From Patescibacteria group bacterium (lineage in GTDB: Bacteria > Patescibacteriota > Patescibacteriia > S139-126 > S139-133), in the NCBI GenBank assembly GCA_049604715.1, contig JBMYTV010000002.1, positions 56,455 to 120,454 on the forward strand: a stretch of 64,000 bases of DNA. Reading direction: 5' to 3'. This document shows, piece after piece, positions 57,043 through 64,000 of the stretch. The first letter of the stretch is position 1, and every line of letters begins with the position of its first letter. The position numbers were made by a program, and so were the translations under genes. The notes under the pieces were generated by a model, which was given only the letters and a program-made list of their open reading frames with translations, was not told the origin of the DNA and ran no database searches.

Positions 57043-58704
57043 CTAAAGCAACCCTTGCTGCTTTAAATAATCACACACCATATCAACCGCCTCTGTGACA
57101 CTTGTCTCAGATGTATCAATACTGATCTCAGCACTATCAGGCTCTTCATAAGGGTCGTCAATGCCAGTCACATTTTGGATTAGTCCGGCCTCTGCTTTTG
57201 AATACAAACCTTTTACATCACGTTGCTTACATACCGCAAGGGGTGTTGCCACATGCACCTCAATGTATACACCATATGTTGAGATTAGTTCACGATTATA
57301 GTCACGCGACTGAGCATACGGTGCAATAGCAGCGCACAGCGCAATACCACCGTGACGTACGACCTCAGCTGCGACAAAGCCAATACGCTGCACATTTGTA
57401 TTTCTATCTTCTTTGGAAAATCCTAAACCTTTTGATAAATGTTGCCGGATAATATCTCCATCAAGGTACGTTATTGGCCGATGCTGAATCTCTAGAAGTC
57501 TAGTATGAAGAGCTTGTGCTATAGTGCTCTTACCTGCCCCAGAAAGTCCTGTGAAGAAAAGTGTAAATCCACGAACTGAATCCACATATCGTGATGACTG
57601 CAACTCATCAAGTACTTCAGGAAATGAAAACCATTCAGGAATTTGTTCGTTTTTCGCAAGCTTGTTTCTAAACTCTGTCCCTGAGATGTAAAGTGGTTTT
57701 GAATTTTCAGTTTGTTCGTGAGTAGAGATGTATTGTTTTGTATGACCATCATAAAAAAGTTCGGGTGCAGATATTACCTTTATACCAATTTCATCTGCAA
57801 ACTGCTGTACATACTCTTGTGCATCATACAACCCATAAAAAGGATTGCCATTACTATCCTTACCAGGTCCCGCATGATCTCTACCAATAATAAAATGAGT
57901 ACATCCATAGTTTTTTCTTATAAGCGCATGCCACAAGGCCTCACGCGGCCCACCCATTCGCATAGCAAGCGGTAGCAAGCTTAACATAGTAAACTCCGGA
58001 GCATATTTTTCATGCACATGTTGATATGCACGTACACGTGTAATAGCATCTATATCACCTGTTTTAGTCTCACCAACAGCCGGATGGATGAGTACTGTCC
58101 CACCATGCTCCTCTGATGCTCGTTTGATCACTTCAAAATGTGCACGATGCAGAGGATTGCGAGTTTGAAAGCCAACCAATGTATCTATGTTATTCTGAAG
58201 TTTGTATTCATGTATCTCCTCTGGGGTTTTATAAAGGGACTGGAATAATTCATGCGATGGGATTGCAATTCTCTCAATAATACCACCAATGTATACGGGA
58301 TGAGTTTCAGATAAAATATATGAAACCCCGAAATGACTTTCATCGTCAGTTCCATACACTTGTTTAACCTCGTGTTCTTTATCAGGAACAAAAACTGACT
58401 CAACTAACATTAGCGCCAGTAAATTACCATATGCATCACAAAGCGCGACTTCTTGCCCTTCTGTATATGTGTGGTTTTCAGGAACATCAAGAACAACCGG
58501 CATTGGCCATACTGATCCATTTGGAAGTCTGGCATTATCCACAACTGACTTATACTCATCTTCAGTCATAAATCCAGTGAGCGGCGCAAATCCACCATTC
58601 AAAATAAGCTCCAAATCACTTAACTGGCGTTTGGTCAACCTGATATGCGGTATATGTAAAGCGCGCTGTTTTAGCGCCTCATATGTAGTCTTTTTTGTAT
58701 TCAT
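57043..58704 (-). CDS. sat: Bifunctional sulfate adenylyltransferase / adenylylsulfate kinase (Sat-CysC)
   Basis: FQTRNPLHRAH, GRDHAG, TGLSGAGKST, LDGD, DDPYE. Confidence 0.95.
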   Translation of the reverse strand: MNTKKTTYEALKQRALHIPHIRLTKRQLSDLELILNGGFAPLTGFMTEDEYKSVVDNARLPNGSVWPMPVVLDVPENHTYTEGQEVALCDAYGNLLALMLVESVFVPDKEHEVKQVYGTDDESHFGVSYILSETHPVYIGGIIERIAIPSHELFQSLYKTPEEIHEYKLQNNIDTLVGFQTRNPLHRAHFEVIKRASEEHGGTVLIHPAVGETKTGDIDAITRVRAYQHVHEKYAPEFTMLSLLPLAMRMGGPREALWHALIRKNYGCTHFIIGRDHAGPGKDSNGNPFYGLYDAQEYVQQFADEIGIKVISAPELFYDGHTKQYISTHEQTENSKPLYISGTEFRNKLAKNEQIPEWFSFPEVLDELQSSRYVDSVRGFTLFFTGLSGAGKSTIAQALHTRLLEIQHRPITYLDGDIIRQHLSKGLGFSKEDRNTNVQRIGFVAAEVVRHGGIALCAAIAPYAQSRDYNRELISTYGVYIEVHVATPLAVCKQRDVKGLYSKAEAGLIQNVTGIDDPYEEPDSAEISIDTSETSVTEAVDMVCDYLKQQGLL

Positions 58705-58846
58705 AACCCTTTAATAATAACAGATATACTGATCTAATAAAATAAATGCCTGGGGGTATTGATTTTTTTCAAGATTTATGTTTTAATATGAGGTCAAATC
58801 TTATATTTAGCTATTTTTTTAGGCTTAACCCTAGTATAATAGTGAT

Positions 58847-60202
58847 ATGACTATAAAAACACGTAAAATACTAATGATTCTTGGTGATATAGGCATCTTT
58901 TATGCCTCTCTTTACCTTGCATTGACTATTCGTACTCAAACCCTTGTCACGCAAGGTGTGTGGGCTGATCATTGGCCTACTTTTACTGTTGTGTTTGGTT
59001 TATGGATTATTGGGCTCTACATAATTGATTTTTATGACCTTTCATCTGCTAAAAATGACCGAAAATTTATCATCCGTGTTGGCGTTGCTGCAGCTGTACT
59101 AACTACACTTGCTGTGTTGTATTTCTATACCATACCAAACCTCCGCATTGCACCAAAGACTATTTTGATCATTGATGTTTTGATTACACTGGCACTTCTT
59201 ATTGGATGGCGCCTAGCATTCAACAAACAAGCAAAGAACGCATCTCACTCACTAATTGCTATTGGTATTGGTTCTTCTGGTCAATCATTGCTTCAAGAAA
59301 TTCAGAACACTCCTCAGTGGGGGTACAAAACAGTAGCAATTTTTGATGAAAATGCTAAACCTGAATTTTCACCTATACCTACCTTTACTACACTTGATAA
59401 TCTGTCTCAGATTATTTCAGATACAGACACAAAGACTATTGTAGTTGATGACAAGCTGTACACATCAGAGAGATATATCAACACACTCTTTTCTATTATC
59501 AGCCCTGATATCACTATCATTCCCCTTACACTTTTATACGAACAAATTGCACAAAAAATTCCTGTACAAAGCATTTCAAAATCATGGTTTTTAGAAAATA
59601 TTAGCAAACATGACCATGACATTCATGACAAGATACAACGTTTGGTTGATATTGTGTTCTCACTATTCCTGCTTGTCATTACCTTACCTCTCTATCCATT
59701 AATCATACTTGCTATCAAGCTTGATTCACCTGGTCCAGCATTTTATAGACAAGAACGGCTAGGATATTTAGGCAAACCATTTATGATGATTAAATTCCGC
59801 ACAATGGTTGAAAAAGCGGAGAAAAATGGAGCGCAGTGGGCACAAAAAAATGACCCCCGTATAACTCGAGTAGGCAAATGGATGCGCAAATCCCGCATTG
59901 ATGAGCTCCCGCAAATGATGAATATTTTAAAAGGTGAAATGAGCTTTATAGGACCTCGTGCTGAAAGACAGGCATTTATTGAGCAGCTTGAACAAGAGCT
60001 TCCATTTTACAAACAAAGACTACTTGTCAAACCAGGAGCAAGTGGCTGGGCACAGGTCAATTATAAGTATGGCGCTAGTGTTGAAGATGCTTTAGAAAAA
60101 TTACAATACGATTTATACTACGTAAAAAATCGTAACTGGTATTTGGATGCCAGCATTGTACTCAAAACTATCAAAATTATGAGTAGCCTTGGAGGGCAAT
60201 AA
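58847..60202 (+). CDS. Undecaprenyl-phosphate sugar phosphotransferase (WcaJ/WbaP-like priming transferase)
   Basis: KFRTM, DPRITRVG, RIDELPQ, GEMSFIGPR, DLYY. Confidence 0.92.
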   Translation: MTIKTRKILMILGDIGIFYASLYLALTIRTQTLVTQGVWADHWPTFTVVFGLWIIGLYIIDFYDLSSAKNDRKFIIRVGVAAAVLTTLAVLYFYTIPNLRIAPKTILIIDVLITLALLIGWRLAFNKQAKNASHSLIAIGIGSSGQSLLQEIQNTPQWGYKTVAIFDENAKPEFSPIPTFTTLDNLSQIISDTDTKTIVVDDKLYTSERYINTLFSIISPDITIIPLTLLYEQIAQKIPVQSISKSWFLENISKHDHDIHDKIQRLVDIVFSLFLLVITLPLYPLIILAIKLDSPGPAFYRQERLGYLGKPFMMIKFRTMVEKAEKNGAQWAQKNDPRITRVGKWMRKSRIDELPQMMNILKGEMSFIGPRAERQAFIEQLEQELPFYKQRLLVKPGASGWAQVNYKYGASVEDALEKLQYDLYYVKNRNWYLDASIVLKTIKIMSSLGGQ

Positions 60203-60204
60203 AC

Positions 60205-61455
60205 ATGGTTGAAAAAATAAAAGTCATGCTATTCAAACTTCTTAGGAAGTCAGAAAAATACACCAAAACAGACATGGTGTATTTAGCCAAAGGCGGCTTT
60301 TGGCTAGGTATGAGCAAAATGGTGAGCGCTGGCTCTGCATTTTTGCTAGCTCTGGCATTTGCTAACCTGCTTCCTCAAGAAGAGTATGGTACTTACAAAT
60401 TTATTTTCTCAATTGTCAGCATACTTATTATAAGTTCAATGCCTGGTATTAATACTGCTCTTACACAGGCAGTTGCCAGAGGCTTTGAGGGGTCAATACT
60501 AACAAGTGTTAAAACAAAAATAAAATGGTCAACACTTGGTGCGCTTGGCAGTTTAGCTATAGCTGCATATTACTATATAAACAATGACCCAACACTTACA
60601 TATGCGTTTTTAATAGCTGCGATTTTCTTACCTTTCATTGACTCGTTCAATGTCTATGAACCATATCTGCAAGGAAGAAAAATGTTCAAGCAGTCAGCTA
60701 TCTTAAGCTCTATCCTGCAGAGCACCACAGTACTGTCTATGATAGCGTTTTTGTTCTTCACCAACAATGTAATTCTTGTTGTTGCAGCACACTTTGTGAT
60801 GTACACGTTGATCAAGTACATTTTCTACCTGTTTGTTACAAAAAAGTACAAACCAAATAATAAGATTGACCCTGGGTCAGTATCCTATGGCAGACATCTT
60901 TCATTCATTAATGTTATAGGCACAATTGGCGGACAAATTGACAAAATTCTATTGTGGCATTTCTTAGGTGCGGCATCACTGGCTGTGTACGCATTTGCCT
61001 TAGCTCCAGTTGATCAATTCCGTAGCATGCTTAAGTCTCTAAATATCCTTGCGTTTCCAAAACTAGCAGCGCAAGATACCGCAGTACTCAAAAAAACAAT
61101 TCCACAAAAAATGCTAAAGCTGTTTTTACTGCTCATTATACCTGTTACAGCATATATTCTTTTGGCACCGTACCTGTATAAAATATTTTTCCCTTTATAT
61201 GCAGAATCAGTCGAATACACCAGATGGTATGCGCTTTTTTTACTGAAATTCCCTACCAATCTTATGGGACAAACCCTCACTGCCAAAAAACAACAAAGAA
61301 CTCAATATAAATTAAAAATTATTAACCTTATTACAAAAATAACACTGTTTTTAGTTCTTACACCTATATTTGGCATCCATGGCGCTATTGCTACACTTCT
61401 AATCGCCCCAGTTATCAATAGCATTTTGGTTGCGTATCATTTCTATAAACTATGA
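60205..61455 (+). CDS. Wzx-like oligosaccharide flippase
   Basis: 416 aa multi-TM; YGTY, DKILL..FLG...LAVY. Confidence 0.85.
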   Translation: MVEKIKVMLFKLLRKSEKYTKTDMVYLAKGGFWLGMSKMVSAGSAFLLALAFANLLPQEEYGTYKFIFSIVSILIISSMPGINTALTQAVARGFEGSILTSVKTKIKWSTLGALGSLAIAAYYYINNDPTLTYAFLIAAIFLPFIDSFNVYEPYLQGRKMFKQSAILSSILQSTTVLSMIAFLFFTNNVILVVAAHFVMYTLIKYIFYLFVTKKYKPNNKIDPGSVSYGRHLSFINVIGTIGGQIDKILLWHFLGAASLAVYAFALAPVDQFRSMLKSLNILAFPKLAAQDTAVLKKTIPQKMLKLFLLLIIPVTAYILLAPYLYKIFFPLYAESVEYTRWYALFLLKFPTNLMGQTLTAKKQQRTQYKLKIINLITKITLFLVLTPIFGIHGAIATLLIAPVINSILVAYHFYKL

Positions 61456-62353
61456 GCAATATAACGAACTTTGATATTGACTTTATTGGCATTGGAACAG
61501 GTCATGCTGGCACGAGTTGGGTATTTACATGTATTAAAGAACACCCAGCAGTCTGTGATGCAAAGAAAAAAGAAACAAAGTTTTTCCGTGATCATTATCA
61601 TAAGGGCATTGAATATTATGCATCCCTCTTTTCATCATGTGATGACACACTTTTAAAAGGTGAATTTACACCTAGTTATATGTATGATGAGACAATTGCT
61701 GAACGCATTCATGCACACTTTCCTAAAGCTAAGATTATTGTTTGTCTCAGACATCCGTATGAACGTTTGCGGTCTGCGTATTACTTTAATAAACAACGCG
61801 CAGTTCTTTCGTTTGAAAATTTGAATAAAAAGATTCAATATGATATTGAAGCTGCTACCGGCACTGGCAGTGAACTCATTCGACAAGGAAACTACTACTC
61901 TTTTTTGAAGAAATATTATAAATTATTTGGAGCTTCCCAAATCCATATAATTTATTACGAAGATATAAAAAATAATCCTGAAAAAGTTATTGAAACCGTA
62001 TATAAATTCTTGTCTATCGACCCAAAGTACACCCCTTCTTCTCTTTCAAAAAAATCAATGTTACTGCACGTAACAAACGCTATATTGCTAGTCTCCCAAA
62101 AATTAAAACAAAGGTAAGTACATGGTTGCTACAAAGTTCTGTTGGCAAAGTCATCTTGAATATTGCGCGTACTACAGGTGTCACATCAATTGTAAACCGC
62201 ATACTGAAGCACAATATACGTCATTCAAACCTAGATCCCATACATAAAGAAATGTTATCTGATACCACAAAAAAATCATTACGCCAAATATATGCGAATG
62301 ATATTAAAGACTTAGAATCACTTTTGAAAAATAAAACTCCCTGGAACTTATAA
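61452..62353 (+). pseudogene. PAPS-dependent sulfotransferase split by a 1-nt frameshift at A7 (62048-62054)
   Basis: FIGIG...AGTSW, KETKFF, GEFTPSY, LRHPYER..S.Y; adding one A joins 61452-62117 to the 62126-62353 frame (SKKINVT...Y.NDI..L..LL). Confidence 0.75.
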
Positions 62354-62355
62354 AA

Positions 62356-64000
62356 TTATCTCGCTCTCAAATACGCTACCAACTTTGTATTTACTTTCAA
62401 ACTACTTTTCTGCATTATACGCTTCATACCTGAAGTGGTACTTTTTTTGATAATCACAGGATACCGACGAGCTCTGAATTGGGCTCTTTTTATATGCTGC
62501 AACCAAGTTGGATCATGCAGCAAGCTACTTAGCGACAGACCAATATGTGGATACCAGCAACGGGTGTATGTCTTTGATTTTGGTGTAAGACTTAAGATGG
62601 GTTGATCATGTCGTGGATCGTCAGGTGCCCCAACTATATCAAAACTTTCCTCAAAACGAATCGGCTTCTCTTTATACGCGTAGTAAAACTCATAATCAAG
62701 CAGCCATACTTTTCTATCAGTATCAACAAGCACATCAACAGGGTGAGCATCATACAAATAATACCCCTGCGTATAAAAACATTTTAAAATATCCATAGCC
62801 TTTTTCGCAGCCCACAGTGGCATGATCCAGCCACGCGAATACTCGTGCATAGGTTCGTAGTATGGATACATAATATAATTTGGACCCTTTTCAACTAACG
62901 GTGGCACGCCTTGACACTTTTCAGCAAATTCAGTCGCTGCATATATAGACCTATCTAAAAATTTTTCTCTACCTGGACGAAACGTTTTTTTGACGTATTG
63001 CTTACAATCACTCTTTTCTATAAGCTCTACTTTGGCGCGTCTTCCATTTTTAGTTAAATCACTTATAACACGCTCATTAGTCGCAAACACTTCTTGCATA
63101 TTCTGTATTTCTTGCATAATTACACTTTTTTCTTCTTGAGTAAAAATAAAACTCATGTACTCAAGCGCTTCAGCGGCAGTATCACTTGAATGAATAGGAT
63201 TGTAGCTTTCACTTTTCGAAAGTGAGTGATTAATAAACTCGCGAATCCGATGTTTCACAAGTATTCGCTCATTATCAATTCCTGCAAACCTTATCTCTTG
63301 CATAGGTGACAGATTACGCGGTAGTAAATCATAAACAACATACATGTGCGCTGGCTTTCCGCCAGAAACTGGCCATGGACCTTTGTTCCAATTGCCACCC
63401 CTTGCCTCCTCAGTTAGCGTATCTTTTTGTTGTTCACTCAAACTTTCAGATCGCAAAACATTAAATCCCTCATCTTCCAATGTTTTTTGTATAAAGGGTA
63501 ATCTATTTTCTTTTACTGCTTGCTCACGAACAATAAAAACAGTCAAACCTCTGAGCTCAGTATGCAGACTATCTGCAAAATGATAATCCTTTATCCATTC
63601 ATTTTGCTTAGCAAGACGCCTGAGCATATCACGCGCAGGTTGAAGGCCATGTTCTTTTAAAAACCTATCTAAATCCTCTAGTTTATACTTTCCAGTGTAT
63701 GCAACAGCATCAGCGTACTTCTGCATCTCAGCAACGTAGTCGTGATCAGGGCTTTCTTCAGGGCTAGTAGGTTTAGTAGAACTTGGTACACCAGATATAT
63801 ATCCCTTGTGATACAGAGCATGATATGCGAGTGAGTAAAAACTGTGCTTTTTATCTGGGACATAAGCGCCAGATGATTCATCAAAAGTGGCTGAGCTCAA
63901 AATGCTCTTAGCAATTTTTGGTGGGAAATATGACATGCCACTATACTCAAATCCAGGTTGACCAGTAATTGAATATGCATCACAGGGGATAAGTCCTGGC
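62356..64000 (-). CDS. Multidomain protein with NDK-like middle and kinase-like C-terminal domains; 5' end beyond window
   Basis: Frame open to window end; TVFIVREQAV...GF.V and NPIHSSDTAAEA (NDK-like); YVKK, DAHPVDVL, LDYE (kinase-like). Confidence 0.65.
   Translation of the reverse strand, partial: PGLIPCDAYSITGQPGFEYSGMSYFPPKIAKSILSSATFDESSGAYVPDKKHSFYSLAYHALYHKGYISGVPSSTKPTSPEESPDHDYVAEMQKYADAVAYTGKYKLEDLDRFLKEHGLQPARDMLRRLAKQNEWIKDYHFADSLHTELRGLTVFIVREQAVKENRLPFIQKTLEDEGFNVLRSESLSEQQKDTLTEEARGGNWNKGPWPVSGGKPAHMYVVYDLLPRNLSPMQEIRFAGIDNERILVKHRIREFINHSLSKSESYNPIHSSDTAAEALEYMSFIFTQEEKSVIMQEIQNMQEVFATNERVISDLTKNGRRAKVELIEKSDCKQYVKKTFRPGREKFLDRSIYAATEFAEKCQGVPPLVEKGPNYIMYPYYEPMHEYSRGWIMPLWAAKKAMDILKCFYTQGYYLYDAHPVDVLVDTDRKVWLLDYEFYYAYKEKPIRFEESFDIVGAPDDPRHDQPILSLTPKSKTYTRCWYPHIGLSLSSLLHDPTWLQHIKRAQFRARRYPVIIKKSTTSGMKRIMQKSSLKVNTKLVAYLRAR

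Noticed and set aside
1-64000. Alternative genetic code (UGA = Gly, as in Gracilibacteria/Absconditabacteria)
   Set aside because: Long core genes are intact under code 11, and TGA ends several genes (5156, 16207, 18121, 44298, 47958), mostly just before a terminator.

Overview
AT-rich bacterial chromosome window, genetic code 11. Gene content suggests Patescibacteria/CPR (Parcubacteria-like; inferred, not searched): a VirD4/HerA-like ATPase, a type IV pilus locus without pilQ, PEGA/S41/S8 surface proteins and many glycosyltransferases. The core blocks are corA, cysS, dusB; a CIRCE-controlled hrcA-grpE-hsp20-dnaK-dnaJ operon; mraY-murD-ftsW; pilB-pilC-minor pilins-pilMNO; rpmA, pyrG, rplI, ctpA; and a large surface-glycan region carrying sat/cysC plus a frameshifted sulfotransferase. 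The main unexplained structure is about 16 small ORFan genes, mostly Lys/Arg-rich, inserted at six operon boundaries. Most share one architecture: near-consensus sigma70 promoter, boxA-like leader motif, Shine-Dalgarno, short ORF(s), intrinsic terminator. In contrast, at least 8 core genes look leaderless (-10 box exactly 6 nt before ATG). Cassette cargo includes two STAS-like proteins, a three-member LY..P.xCW family, a stand-alone EndoIII-type Cys motif microprotein, Zn-finger and SH3-like proteins, and a paralogous membrane pair. I saw no tRNA, rRNA, CRISPR array, integrase or transposase. All product calls come from motif recognition by eye; no database searches were run.
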